This document shows, piece by piece, positions 10,464-21,034 of a stretch of 64,000 bases of DNA; positions within the stretch are counted from its first letter, which is position 1, and the number at the start of each line of letters is the position of its first letter. A program made the position numbers and the translations under genes. Where the stretch lies: the NCBI GenBank assembly GCA_021108295.1, contig JAIORF010000102.1:295963-359962 (forward strand), in the 5' to 3' direction. The notes beneath the pieces were generated by a model that worked only from the letters and a program-made list of their open reading frames with translations, did no database searches and was not told the origin of the DNA. This DNA comes from a bacterium (GTDB taxonomy: Bacteria > Patescibacteriota > Dojkabacteria > SC72).

Positions 10464-11095
10464 TCCACACTCTTCTCCTTCGTACTACGCATAATCTGAA
10501 AAAGGATATATGCAACTACCACAACAATACCCGTAACAATCACAACGTTCTCATACTTTGATAACCATACACCCACCAACTCCCATCTCTCTCCCAACAA
10601 ATATCCAGCACCTGCTAGAAGTGCTGACCAAATAGTACTCCCAAGAAGTGTATATATGGAGAATTTAAGAAACGGAGTCTTCGCTACACCCGCCGGAAAA
10701 GATATAACCGTTCTAATAATAGGCATCAATCTCCCGAAAAATATAATACCACTTCCATACCTCTCAAATACTTCAAAACCCTTCTTCACATCTCTCTCTT
10801 GAATAAAGAGGTACTTACCGTACTTCTTAAGAGATCTGTTTACAAAGTCCTCTCCCCAAACTCCTAGAAAGTAGAAAGGTAATGAACCAAGATATGCACA
10901 AACAGAAGCGACAAGAATCGAAATGATAAGTACCTGATCCGTCCTAGAGGCTACAAAACCTGCAAAGGGAAGTATCAATTCACTAGGGATAGGGGCAAAG
11001 AAACTCTCAATGAACATCGCAAGACCAACTCCTAAATACCCTGTTGATTCGATAAGACTGGTAAGCCAAACAACAATATTCTCAATCATAATCAT
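10460..11095 (-). CDS. DedA family membrane protein
   Basis: ESFFAPIPSELILPFAG; FFGRLMPIIRTVISFPAG. Confidence 0.93.
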   Translation of the reverse strand: MIMIENIVVWLTSLIESTGYLGVGLAMFIESFFAPIPSELILPFAGFVASRTDQVLIISILVASVCAYLGSLPFYFLGVWGEDFVNRSLKKYGKYLFIQERDVKKGFEVFERYGSGIIFFGRLMPIIRTVISFPAGVAKTPFLKFSIYTLLGSTIWSALLAGAGYLLGERWELVGVWLSKYENVVIVTGIVVVVAYILFQIMRSTKEKSVD

Positions 11096-11108
11096 ATACT
11101 TAAAATTA

Positions 11109-11633
11109 CTAGAGATATTGTACCATACTATACCCCACCTCTATCTCATTCTCCTGACAAAAACCAGCATTGACTTCCAAAACATATCGATAAAAACTCT
11201 TGGAATATATTTGAGAACAATATGTAGAATCACACGGTTGCTCATCAGCCTTAATATCTACAATATAGCTTTGAGAATCAACAAAGATAATATCAATTGG
11301 TATTAACATATCCTTCATCCAAAAAGGATTCTTCACATCCTCTTCAAACACAAACAACATACCATCATAGTCACCCAAATATCTTCTAAAAGACAACCCC
11401 TCTGCCCTACTACTCTCTGTATCTACAACTTCAACATTAACTCTTATCCTAAGCCCATTAGGAACATATATTTCCAAATACTCCCCAGTATCCTCTTTTA
11501 CCTCCTCACTCTCTTCACTTTCACTACCCAGATTTATCAACTTCACATCAAACAAATCAAATTTCTCTTGAACAAGAATAAAAATCCCTACTATTACCCC
11601 AATATATATCAAAAGTTTAAGATGATTACTCAT
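11109..11633 (-). CDS. DUF192 family protein
   Basis: RAEGLSFR, GMLFVF, FWMKDMLIPIDIIF, YVLEVNAG. Confidence 0.9.
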   Translation of the reverse strand: MSNHLKLLIYIGVIVGIFILVQEKFDLFDVKLINLGSESEESEEVKEDTGEYLEIYVPNGLRIRVNVEVVDTESSRAEGLSFRRYLGDYDGMLFVFEEDVKNPFWMKDMLIPIDIIFVDSQSYIVDIKADEQPCDSTYCSQIYSKSFYRYVLEVNAGFCQENEIEVGYSMVQYL

Positions 11634-11656
11634 TTATCCATGATATACTCTAATAT

Positions 11657-12688
11657 ATGAAAAAGAAAGTATATATAGGATTCTCAGGGGGAGTAGATAG
11701 TTCAATTTCTGCATTCCTCTTAACAAAGAAATATGATGTAACTGCAGTAATGTTTAAAAACACACACAATGAGCAGTGTAACAAAGTAGCAGAGCAAGAG
11801 GCTAAAGCCATTACAAAGCATATTGGTATTCCACTTAAGATTGTTGATTTGCAAGAAGATTTTAAAATGAGTGTAATCTCCCCTTTTACAAAATCATACA
11901 AAGAAGGAAAAACTCCAAATCCATGTGTTAATTGTAACATTAAATTCAAATTTGGTATCTTTGCTAACTGGTGCTTTGATAATGGTGCAGACCTAATCGC
12001 TACTGGCCACTACTGTAAAACTCGCAATGGGAAATTGTACAAAGGAAGAGATCGTGAAAAGGATCAATCCTATTTCCTCAGTGGCATATCAGAGGATATC
12101 TTAAGAAAAACCCTCTTTCCCATTGGTAATATGACTAAGGAGATGGTACGAAAGAAGGCCAGAAGAATATCTCTGCCAAATATGAGTAGAAAGGACAGTC
12201 AAGAGGTATGTTTCATAGATAGCTCTCTTAGTGAGTATCTTGATGAGCATATTGTAAGCAAGGAGGGAGACATTGTAGATATTGATACACAAAAGGTTGT
12301 AGGTAAACACAAGGGTATTCATTCACTTACTTTAGGACAGAGGAGGGGTATCTTAGTAGGTGGTAGTGATTTGCCTTACTTTGTAGCTAGGAAGGATATC
12401 TCTACCAATATTATATTTGTAGCAAAGGGTAAGTACAATCCATATCTTTGGAAGGACACTTTTATTCTAAAAGATTTTAGTTTTATAAACAAAGAGAATA
12501 TTAATATTACAAAGGGCTTAACAGGAGTAGTGAGGTATAGGGCAAGGGGTAGTAAGTGTAGTGTAGATTGGAGTAGTAAAACAATTGTTTTTAAAGAAAA
12601 GGTTTGGACACCCTCTATTGGACAAAGTTTAGTACTTTACAAGAGACAGGAGTGTATTGGAGGTGGGGTGATTAGAAAGATTAAATAA
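11657..12688 (+). CDS. mnmA: tRNA 2-thiouridine(34) synthase MnmA
   Basis: SGGVDS, TPNPCVNCN, IATGHY, KDQSYFL, DSQEVCF, TLGQRRG. Confidence 0.96.
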   Translation: MKKKVYIGFSGGVDSSISAFLLTKKYDVTAVMFKNTHNEQCNKVAEQEAKAITKHIGIPLKIVDLQEDFKMSVISPFTKSYKEGKTPNPCVNCNIKFKFGIFANWCFDNGADLIATGHYCKTRNGKLYKGRDREKDQSYFLSGISEDILRKTLFPIGNMTKEMVRKKARRISLPNMSRKDSQEVCFIDSSLSEYLDEHIVSKEGDIVDIDTQKVVGKHKGIHSLTLGQRRGILVGGSDLPYFVARKDISTNIIFVAKGKYNPYLWKDTFILKDFSFINKENINITKGLTGVVRYRARGSKCSVDWSSKTIVFKEKVWTPSIGQSLVLYKRQECIGGGVIRKIK

Positions 12689-12725
12689 TTCATGTATAAT
12701 AATAATAAATTGATTAGTAAATATA

Positions 12726-13133
12726 ATGATTAACAATACACATGATAAAGTTATTTTAGTAGATGCAATCAATACTTTGGTAGATGAAGATACTGGGATA
12801 TTCCAAGAGATGTATGAATTACTAGAAAAGTATCCTAATAACAAAATTATTCTAACCGGAGCGAACCAAGAACAAATAGAAGAATTTGGACTTAATGATA
12901 TGCCATATGAAGTTTTTACTTTAATGCATGTTCCAGAAAAGACAGACCCACAATATTATATAAAGATGCTAGAGAAATTTGAGCTACAGGTTGAAGACGT
13001 TATCTATTTCGAGCATAATTCTGATGCATGCAAAAGTGCTGAAAGTATCGGTATTAAAACTATGTTTTACGATAGTGATAAAAAAGACTTGACTAAGTTA
13101 ACTCAATTTCTAAAAGAAAATATATTCATTTGA
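12726..13133 (+). CDS. Small HAD-superfamily hydrolase-like protein
   Basis: ILVDAINTL motif-I-like, EKTDPQYY, YFEHN; AT-rich. Confidence 0.65.
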   Translation: MINNTHDKVILVDAINTLVDEDTGIFQEMYELLEKYPNNKIILTGANQEQIEEFGLNDMPYEVFTLMHVPEKTDPQYYIKMLEKFELQVEDVIYFEHNSDACKSAESIGIKTMFYDSDKKDLTKLTQFLKENIFI

Positions 13134-13224
13134 TTTACTAGCTCAAAAATTTTCAAAAACCCCACCTAGACCCTCTCTCTCGTTGATGATATAATGCTTT
13201 GCCCTAAACTTTTAAAAGATATTC

Positions 13225-15435
13225 ATGCAAGATTTTAAAAAATATCTCAACCCTTTCTACAAGGACATAAAACAAGTACAGGACTTCTCAGATGTAGTAT
13301 TCAAAGACGACCTTGAGAAAAAGGAATACCCATATCTAGAAAACATTACAAAAATCAATGTAAAAAGCATTGAATGGCTACTCCCAAGACTAGATCAACT
13401 AACACAAGAACTAGAAGACCAAATCCAAATTGTAGAACAAGAGACAGGAGACGACGCAGCAGCCGCAAAAAGTATATACAACCAAATACTCCAAGAAATA
13501 CAAACAACAGTAGACCGGATTAATAGGGATTTGATAAAAGTAGACTCCCCATACTTCGGTAAAATCATATTCACTCCAGAAGACACTCGAACTAAGAAAG
13601 ATATGGACATTTACATAGGGAAATTCGCAATTACAGATGAAAACTCTCGTGTACCCCTAGTTGTAGACTGGAGAGCCCCCATCGCAAACCTCTACTACCA
13701 AAACAGTGGACCAACCAAAAAGGTGCACTTCCAAGCCCCCGTAGGGAAAAGGGAGGGAGAACTAAAAGAAAAAAGACAATTTGAAATATCAAGAACAAGA
13801 ATACAAAACATTTACAACGCAAAAACAGGTAACACTGCAGCGGACGCATTCCTACTCAGTCAACTCGACAGTAGAATCGGTAAAAAACTAGCAGACATTG
13901 TATCTACCATACAAGCACAACAAAATGAGATAATAAGGGAAGAAATAAACAAACCTGTGATAATACAAGGAGTAGCAGGAAGTGGTAAAACCACAATACT
14001 CCTCCATAGACTCGCATACCTCTTCTTTAACTACAAAGATAAGATTCTACCTGAAAAATCCCTAATCGTAGCCCCCAACCGAATGTTTCTAGACTACATC
14101 TCAGATGTACTACCAAATCTAGGAGTACACGGTGTCAACACCCTCACATACCTCTTCTGGGGGAAGAAAGTACTTAATTGGGATAATAGATTTAGCGTGT
14201 CCACCGAAAAAATAAACATCGAACACAAAGAATACAAAGGCTCTACCAAATTCCTCAAATTCCTTGATACATACTTTAATGACTTTGAAGAAAGTCTACT
14301 AGAAAACATCCCCTACTCTAGATCTGACATAATCTCAAGACGATACTTCGAACTCAAAGAAAGCTTCCCACACATCTCTATGAAAGAGCGCCTCAACCTT
14401 GCAATTGACTACGCATTTGCACAAAACCAATTTAAAACCAAACAAACAGGCTCCTACGACAACAGTTTAAATATACAAAACGAAAAGAAGAAGAAGATCC
14501 TTGCATACATGAAGAGAAATCTTAACCCTTACCGACTATACAAAGAAATCTTCACCAAGAAACTCATACCAAAAGACATATGCAAATACACACTCACTGG
14601 ACTTAGATACAAAAATGCTCACAGATACTTCAGGACAGAAGACCTTGCTCCAATCGTATACCTACAACTCAAAATTCAAGGGACTAGAGACTTCGAGCAA
14701 GAATACATTGTAATAGATGAATGCCAGGACCTCTCACACATTGAAATAGCAACATTAGCAAGTATTGCAAAAAATGGGAACATCACCCTAGCAGGAGATC
14801 TAGCACAATCCATAATACCACCCTTCTACATTAGAGATTGGGACACCGTCAAAAACCTCATTAAAGACATGGGACATACCGACATCAGTTACCATGAACT
14901 TAATAGGTGCTACCGTACTACAATAGAGATTATAGAATTCGCAAACAAAATATTTAGAGACAGATTCCCAAAAAGCTACAAACTACCTGAAGCAGTACTA
15001 CGACACGGAGACCCAATTAGAGATATCTCACTTACCAAAGAGCTTAAAGATGTTGGGAAAGACGAACTTAAAACCTTCCTCTCTACTATCCAACAAGAAT
15101 TTGAGAATGGAGCGACTACATGCGCTCTAGTATGCAAAGATAAACAACATGCAAGGGCAGTATATGAAAAAATCAAACCTTTTGAGGATGTAATAGGGAG
15201 AGAGGTTACAGACTTCTCTGAAAATGATTACCACAGTGGCTTACTTGTACTCCCAATATCTCGAGCTAAAGGGTTAGAATTTGATACTGTAGTAATACTA
15301 GATTTAAACGAAGAGAAATACCCAGATACAGAATACAACACCAGACTCCTCTACGTAGCGATAACTAGAACACTACATAGATTAATAATTGTAAAGAATA
15401 AAAACATCAAAGACTCTCCACTTCTAGATACCTAA
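13225..15435 (+). CDS. helD: HelD-like SF1 helicase / RNA polymerase recycling motor
   Basis: SPYFGKI, VDWRAPIANLYY, DIVSTIQAQQNEII, QGVAGSGKT, IDECQD, AKGLEFD, LYVAITR. Confidence 0.85.
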   Translation: MQDFKKYLNPFYKDIKQVQDFSDVVFKDDLEKKEYPYLENITKINVKSIEWLLPRLDQLTQELEDQIQIVEQETGDDAAAAKSIYNQILQEIQTTVDRINRDLIKVDSPYFGKIIFTPEDTRTKKDMDIYIGKFAITDENSRVPLVVDWRAPIANLYYQNSGPTKKVHFQAPVGKREGELKEKRQFEISRTRIQNIYNAKTGNTAADAFLLSQLDSRIGKKLADIVSTIQAQQNEIIREEINKPVIIQGVAGSGKTTILLHRLAYLFFNYKDKILPEKSLIVAPNRMFLDYISDVLPNLGVHGVNTLTYLFWGKKVLNWDNRFSVSTEKINIEHKEYKGSTKFLKFLDTYFNDFEESLLENIPYSRSDIISRRYFELKESFPHISMKERLNLAIDYAFAQNQFKTKQTGSYDNSLNIQNEKKKKILAYMKRNLNPYRLYKEIFTKKLIPKDICKYTLTGLRYKNAHRYFRTEDLAPIVYLQLKIQGTRDFEQEYIVIDECQDLSHIEIATLASIAKNGNITLAGDLAQSIIPPFYIRDWDTVKNLIKDMGHTDISYHELNRCYRTTIEIIEFANKIFRDRFPKSYKLPEAVLRHGDPIRDISLTKELKDVGKDELKTFLSTIQQEFENGATTCALVCKDKQHARAVYEKIKPFEDVIGREVTDFSENDYHSGLLVLPISRAKGLEFDTVVILDLNEEKYPDTEYNTRLLYVAITRTLHRLIIVKNKNIKDSPLLDT

Positions 15436-15459
15436 TATTTCTGATACACTGTACACAGT

Positions 15460-16065
15460 ATGAAATCCATTAAGAAAAACTTCTTTGACACGCTATCTAT
15501 CACTGGATCTACACTCTTTAGCTCACCTGTAATAACTACAACACTCACAATATTGATAATTACCAAAATTACATACCCCAGTCTCATTCTCTCCTTTTTC
15601 TTCTTCTATGTATTTACTCCAGTACTAACATACTCCTACCTTAGAGGGATAGGACTCATCACTGATAAAAAGTTTGATTTCAATATTAGAAAAAGAGAAG
15701 AAAGAACTCCTTACAATATAATCCTACTACTTGGATTTCTTACAAACTACATACTAATAAATATGTACCATATCCCAGTAGTTACAGAAATAGCCTTACT
15801 CATACTAATATCCTTCTTAGCATATTCTCTAATCTCTACCTTCTGGAAGATAAGTGGACATATGACACAAACAGTACTTACCATTACCACTCTAGCATAC
15901 CTCTTCCCTAATCAAAGCATATACATCTTACTAATCGGATACCTACTCTTCATCCCATGGGTGGGTTGGTCTAGAGTATATGACAAGCATCACAATATCT
16001 ACCAAGTAATAGCTGGAACGTTGGTTACCTCCCTTCTAGCTTTCATTGTTTTCACAATTCTCTAA
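15460..16065 (+). CDS. PAP2-like integral membrane protein
   Basis: WKISGH and WSRVYDKHHNIYQVIAG motifs, multiple TMs. Confidence 0.75.
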   Translation: MKSIKKNFFDTLSITGSTLFSSPVITTTLTILIITKITYPSLILSFFFFYVFTPVLTYSYLRGIGLITDKKFDFNIRKREERTPYNIILLLGFLTNYILINMYHIPVVTEIALLILISFLAYSLISTFWKISGHMTQTVLTITTLAYLFPNQSIYILLIGYLLFIPWVGWSRVYDKHHNIYQVIAGTLVTSLLAFIVFTIL

Positions 16066-16085
16066 AGATTTGATAGAATACTCAT

Positions 16086-17513
16086 ATGGAAAACTTTAGC
16101 ATTGTACAAATTAGAAAGAAATTACTTAGTAAAGATTTAAGTGCAACAGAAGTTGTAAAGTATTACCTTAGTCAGATAGGGAAGAAGGATAAGGACTTAA
16201 ATGCATATATAACGGTATGCGAGGGAGATTCTCTTAAACAAGCAAAGGAGTTCGATGACAACTTTGAAGTAGAGAGTAAGAAGAAGATGAGTGGTATACC
16301 AATTGCAGTTAAAGATATATTTAGTACAAAGGGTGTACTTACTACTGCTGCATCTCATATCTTAGACGGCTACAAGCCAGTATATGATTCTACTGTAATA
16401 AAGAGATTGAAGGATGAGGGTATGATACTACTTGGTAAGACAAACCTAGACCAGTTCTGCCATGGTTCTTCTACAGTTACCTCTTACTACGGTCCTACTA
16501 GAAACCCACATGATTTAACTAAACTACCTGGTGGTAGTAGTGGTGGTAGTAGTGCTGCTACTGCAGCAGATATGTGTGCAGGAGCATTGGGTACTGAGAC
16601 TGCAGGCTCTATTAGACTCCCTGCTTCTTGGTGTGGTGTAGTTGGTCTTAAGCCTACATATGGGAGAGTTCCTAGATACGGTGTACTGGCAATGGGTTCT
16701 TCACTGGACAGTCCTGGTTCTCTTACTAAGAGCGTAGAGGATAGTGCGTATTTATTATCCATTATGGCTGGGTATGATCCTCATGATTTTACTTCGTACA
16801 AGGATCCTATCCCCAACTACTTTGAGAATCTGAGTATGGATAGTGTCAAGGGTATGAGGTTAGCTATACCCAAGGAGTATTTAGAATTAGAACTTACAGA
16901 TGGAGTAAGAGAGAACTTTGATAAGTCAGTAAAGATTTTAAAGTCTCTTGGAGCAGAGATAGAGGAGATTAGTATTATGGATCCTAAGTTCTCTATGGCA
17001 GTTTACACAATTACTTGTAGGAGTGAAGTATCCTCCAATCTTGCTAGGTACGATGGTACTAGATTTGGTCTAGAGGGGAGTAAGAATGAGAGCGTAAGAG
17101 AATATTTCGAGTCAACAAGGGGTGAGGGATTTGGTGAAGAGCCTAAGCGTAGGGTTATGACTGGTACTTTCTCCCTCTCTGCTGGTTATGCTGATGACTA
17201 TTTCAAGAAGTCAGAGCAGGTTAGGGAATTAATTAGGGAGGATTTCAGTAAGGTGTTTAAGAAGTTTGATGCAATTGTAGCTCCTTCTACTCCTTCTACA
17301 GCACTTAGTGATAAAGATGCGGACAATCCGTTGTTTGGAGAGATAGCAGATATATTAGCAGAGGGTAGTTCAGAGGCTGGTCTACCGGGTATTAGTATTC
17401 CTAATGGTTTGGAGGATGGTATGCCTACTGGTATACAGTTCATTAGTAATCACTTAGAAGAACAGAAGATATTGGATTTAGGGTATGGGTTGGAGAAAGG
17501 GTTGGAGGGTTAG
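16086..17513 (+). CDS. gatA: Asp/Glu-tRNA amidotransferase subunit A
   Basis: Amidase signature PGGSSGGS, GTETAGSIRLPA, SSNLARYDG. Confidence 0.96.
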   Translation: MENFSIVQIRKKLLSKDLSATEVVKYYLSQIGKKDKDLNAYITVCEGDSLKQAKEFDDNFEVESKKKMSGIPIAVKDIFSTKGVLTTAASHILDGYKPVYDSTVIKRLKDEGMILLGKTNLDQFCHGSSTVTSYYGPTRNPHDLTKLPGGSSGGSSAATAADMCAGALGTETAGSIRLPASWCGVVGLKPTYGRVPRYGVLAMGSSLDSPGSLTKSVEDSAYLLSIMAGYDPHDFTSYKDPIPNYFENLSMDSVKGMRLAIPKEYLELELTDGVRENFDKSVKILKSLGAEIEEISIMDPKFSMAVYTITCRSEVSSNLARYDGTRFGLEGSKNESVREYFESTRGEGFGEEPKRRVMTGTFSLSAGYADDYFKKSEQVRELIREDFSKVFKKFDAIVAPSTPSTALSDKDADNPLFGEIADILAEGSSEAGLPGISIPNGLEDGMPTGIQFISNHLEEQKILDLGYGLEKGLEG

Positions 17514-17584
17514 AGGATGAAACTGAGGAAAAGGAAAATATTGATGAAGTAACAAAATGGTGGACGTGTTAAATAGAATGGAAT

Positions 17585-18529
17585 TTAAAAATCACATCCC
17601 TCTTTCTCTAGATATCTAATAAACTCACTGGTAAGACTCTCCAGAAACACGTCTGATTTAACTGGTTTATCAATATAGCTTAATATTCTATCTTTAAAAT
17701 GCTTAACTCCCATCCACAAATTTGCGAAATGATTAAATCCTGAATTATCATTTTTTGTCCAATAATCTATTTTTTTATCAATATCATCATTTACTAAATA
17801 TGTGTTTGAAAGCGTACAAATAACAACTTCATCTAGAAATTGATCAGCATTATCTCTGCTAAAACCCTTAAGAGGTTTCAACAATTCAGGATTAATCTTT
17901 CTAAATATTGGCTGGAAGGTTCTTCTAGGTCTTAATGCAATATGTAAAGCTTCATGATAGATAGTAATTATTCTATTCAAATCTATAACTACTTCGGGAT
18001 GAACCTCTGTGAAAGCTCCATCTCCGTTACTACCGCCCTGCACCATCTTTGGGTCTGGTGAATGAGGAAGATAACAAATAATGTCTTCATCTAATCCTTC
18101 TGTAAAAACTGTCTTATATGTATTAATTACAAACGAAAACTTATCTGAAATTGCTTCACTCTTCCTAGCGATATCACTTATTAGTGGCTTAACACTAGAG
18201 GTAACTTTCGTTAACAAGTCTTTCATAACAATTCCATCTCTACTCTTTAAAAGCTCAAACTTTCTAATATAAGGTAATAAATTGGAATACTTAGATCCAG
18301 AAGAGAAACCATTATATGCCCATTCAAAGAGTTCTGTCTCGGCACTAAATCCAAATTCCTTTCTTATATCTGCATACTTAATAAGTAATTCTTCAACTTT
18401 TGCATTTACCTCAAACTCCTTTTCAAAATAGGTCCTGTGATGAGGAGAAATATATTCATTCCACTTCGAAACCGCGTCAATATGATGAAAAAGGATTGTA
18501 TCGTAGTTCGATTTGAAGGCAATATTCAT
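17585..18529 (-). CDS. Hypothetical protein with HExxH zinc-metallopeptidase-like motif
   Basis: Start reassigned to ATG 18529 (the longer ORF overlaps tRNA-Lys; TGCTATAAT 6 nt upstream); YHEALH and downstream DEVV. Confidence 0.65.
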   Translation of the reverse strand: MNIAFKSNYDTILFHHIDAVSKWNEYISPHHRTYFEKEFEVNAKVEELLIKYADIRKEFGFSAETELFEWAYNGFSSGSKYSNLLPYIRKFELLKSRDGIVMKDLLTKVTSSVKPLISDIARKSEAISDKFSFVINTYKTVFTEGLDEDIICYLPHSPDPKMVQGGSNGDGAFTEVHPEVVIDLNRIITIYHEALHIALRPRRTFQPIFRKINPELLKPLKGFSRDNADQFLDEVVICTLSNTYLVNDDIDKKIDYWTKNDNSGFNHFANLWMGVKHFKDRILSYIDKPVKSDVFLESLTSEFIRYLEKEGCDF

Positions 18530-18561
18530 AAATAGATTATAGCACAGAGAAAATGCGATGT

Positions 18562-18638
18562 TGGTGAGCCGCCTGAGACTCGAACTCAGCACCTACTGCT
18601 TAAAAGGCAGTTGCTCTAACCGGATGAGCTAGCGGCCC
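18562..18638 (-). tRNA. tRNA-Lys(UUU)
   Basis: GGGCCGC...ACTGC-CTTTTAA-GCAGT...TTCGAGT...GCGGCTC-ACCA. Confidence 0.96.
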
Positions 18639-18650
18639 GAAACTTGATGA

Positions 18651-19289
18651 TTATATCCCTTCTTCTACATATTTTGCAACCGGTTTGTAACTCCTCCTAT
18701 GTATATCACAAATACCATACCTCTCCATAGCCTCTATGTGCTTCTTAGTACCATAACCCACATGAGAATCAAAACCATACTCTGGATATTTTAAATGATA
18801 CTTCCCCATCACCCTATCCCTCTCTACCTTCGCTAATACAGAACCACAAGCAATGGAATAATGATTAAGATCACCCTCCTTAATCTTTAACATAGGGTAC
18901 TCGTTAATAAGCTCTACATTAAGACCATCTACGATAAGATAGCTAGCTTTACTACCAACCATATCCTCCACACCCCTTAGAGCAATACCCATGGCCATAA
19001 GCACAGCTTCCTGTATGCCCACCCTATCTATCTCCTTAGCACTAACCAAACCAATACCCCAACCCCATACACTCTCCTTAATTAAATCAAAAGCCTCCTC
19101 CCTTCTCTTCCTCGTCATCTTCTTACTATCCCTCACAATATCAACAATCTCAGAACTAGAATTAATAGCTACAGCCCCTGCACTAACAGGACCAGCAAAA
19201 GGTCCCCTCCCTGCCTCATCAATACCTACGACAACCCTGTAACCCTCACCCCAAAGTTTTTCCTCTAGTTTTGTATCTGGATATATCAT
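18651..19289 (-). CDS. rnhB: Ribonuclease HII
   Basis: GIDEAGRGP, DSKK, SIACGSVLAKVERD, GYGT, HRRSY. Confidence 0.96.
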   Translation of the reverse strand: MIYPDTKLEEKLWGEGYRVVVGIDEAGRGPFAGPVSAGAVAINSSSEIVDIVRDSKKMTRKRREEAFDLIKESVWGWGIGLVSAKEIDRVGIQEAVLMAMGIALRGVEDMVGSKASYLIVDGLNVELINEYPMLKIKEGDLNHYSIACGSVLAKVERDRVMGKYHLKYPEYGFDSHVGYGTKKHIEAMERYGICDIHRRSYKPVAKYVEEGI

Positions 19290-19344
19290 ATTAAAAATAT
19301 TGATTTTATGATAACATTATATCTTAACATTAACACCAATACTT

Positions 19345-20685
19345 ATGTCCACATACGATGTAGCCATTGTCGGTGCCGGTCCTGCAGGAATGTTCTGTGC
19401 ATACCAACTAATCAAGAAAAACAAAAATACTAAAATCGCCCTAATTGATATGGGAGACAGAATTAAGAACAGGAAACCAAACAATGTCATGAGCGGCATA
19501 GGAGGAGCAGGAACATTCTCAGACGGTAAACTACACTTCACAGCATATCTTTCTCACGAAAAAGCCCTACACTTAATCACTAAACAAAGATATCAGGAGA
19601 TATTAGATAGTATAGATGAAATCTTTACTAAGTTTGGTGTTAATTCTAAATATTTCCCAAATCACAACAAAGAATTAGAAAACCTACAAAAAGAAGCACA
19701 CATTAACGATGTAGAACTTGTAGTAAGAAAAACCAGACATGTAGGTAGTAACAAACTAAGAGCTGTGATAGCTAATATTGAAAAACACCTCCTTGATAAC
19801 GGTGTAGACATATTAGATAAAACTGAAATTGTTGACATATTGAAATCAAGAAATTCTATCAAGGGAGTCTTAACAAAAGATGGTAAGAAAATCGAAGCAA
19901 AAAGCGTACTACTTGCTCCAGGACGAGTAAGAGCTGCCTGGTTACAAGAACTTTGTAGTAAATACAAAATACCATACATCTACGACAAGGTAGAAGTAGG
20001 TGTACGAGTAGAATTCCCAGAAGAGATAATGAGACGACAAGCAGAAGCACTCTATGAAGTAGTGTACCGTATAAGGACTAAAACATACCATGATATTGTA
20101 AGAACCTTCTGTAGCTGTCCAAAGGGTAAGGTCTCTATCGAAGAATATGATGGATATCAATGTGTCAATGGATACTCCAATTCAAACCATGATTCCATTA
20201 ATTCCAACTTTGCATTTCTCTGCGAAGTTAACCTAACAGAGCCTGTTGAGAACTCAATTGCCTATGCCAAATCCATAGCAGAAGTAGCATCTACCATTGG
20301 AGGAAACAAACCATTGATTCAAACTCTAGCAGATCTGACGTCTGGAAGAAGAAGTACGTGGAAGAGAATATCAAAATCATTTATCAATCCATCTCTCACT
20401 GATGTCACACCAGGAGACATATCAATGGCACTACCTCATAGGATTGTCACTAACATTGTAGAAGGTTTAGAAATACTAGATCGTGTAATGCCTGGTATAA
20501 ACTCTGGCTCTACTCTACTTTACGCCCCAGAAGTTAAGTTCCGATCCTCAAAAGTAGAAACCAATAGTGGACTAGAAACATGTATTAAGAATCTGCATGT
20601 AGCAGGAGATGGAGCAGGAGTATCAGGTTCTATAACGGGGGCTGCAGTTACGGGTATCATGGCAGCTAATGGTATGAATGTTTAA
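19345..20685 (+). CDS. NAD(P)/FAD-dependent oxidoreductase
   Basis: IVGAGPAG, GGAGTFSDGKL, LYAPEVKF, AGDGAG. Confidence 0.9.
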   Translation: MSTYDVAIVGAGPAGMFCAYQLIKKNKNTKIALIDMGDRIKNRKPNNVMSGIGGAGTFSDGKLHFTAYLSHEKALHLITKQRYQEILDSIDEIFTKFGVNSKYFPNHNKELENLQKEAHINDVELVVRKTRHVGSNKLRAVIANIEKHLLDNGVDILDKTEIVDILKSRNSIKGVLTKDGKKIEAKSVLLAPGRVRAAWLQELCSKYKIPYIYDKVEVGVRVEFPEEIMRRQAEALYEVVYRIRTKTYHDIVRTFCSCPKGKVSIEEYDGYQCVNGYSNSNHDSINSNFAFLCEVNLTEPVENSIAYAKSIAEVASTIGGNKPLIQTLADLTSGRRSTWKRISKSFINPSLTDVTPGDISMALPHRIVTNIVEGLEILDRVMPGINSGSTLLYAPEVKFRSSKVETNSGLETCIKNLHVAGDGAGVSGSITGAAVTGIMAANGMNV

Positions 20686-20715
20686 AACTAATCTCTACTA
20701 TGCTAACATATTGAT

Positions 20716-20970
20716 ATGAAGCAACTCATATTACTTTGTGCCCTAATGCTAGGAGTATTCATTACCCCACTCCATGCACAAGAAGATACAACCCCACAAC
20801 CTACCGTCCAAGAAGAAGTAGAGCTAGAAGAGACTACTAAGCTCTCTGAAGAGTTAGATATTGAGGAAAACAATTCGGACATTGGCTTCCTTACCATCCT
20901 TTTTGCAACACTTACTCCTACATTACTCATCGTAGTCACATACCTTGTCATCAAAATGAGCAGAGACTAG
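20716..20970 (+). CDS. Small exported membrane-anchored protein
   Basis: Signal peptide, acidic linker, C-terminal TM; leaderless promoter. Confidence 0.7.
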   Translation: MKQLILLCALMLGVFITPLHAQEDTTPQPTVQEEVELEETTKLSEELDIEENNSDIGFLTILFATLTPTLLIVVTYLVIKMSRD

Positions 20971-21034
20971 TCTTTCACATATCTCTTACCTATGCTACTA
21001 TATATCATATAGATAAATTAAGAATATTTTTAAT

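Noticed and set aside
17558-17583. TGGTGGACGTG... as a possible att duplicate of the tRNA-Lys 3' end
   Set aside because: Only TGGTG matches the tRNA end; too short to support.
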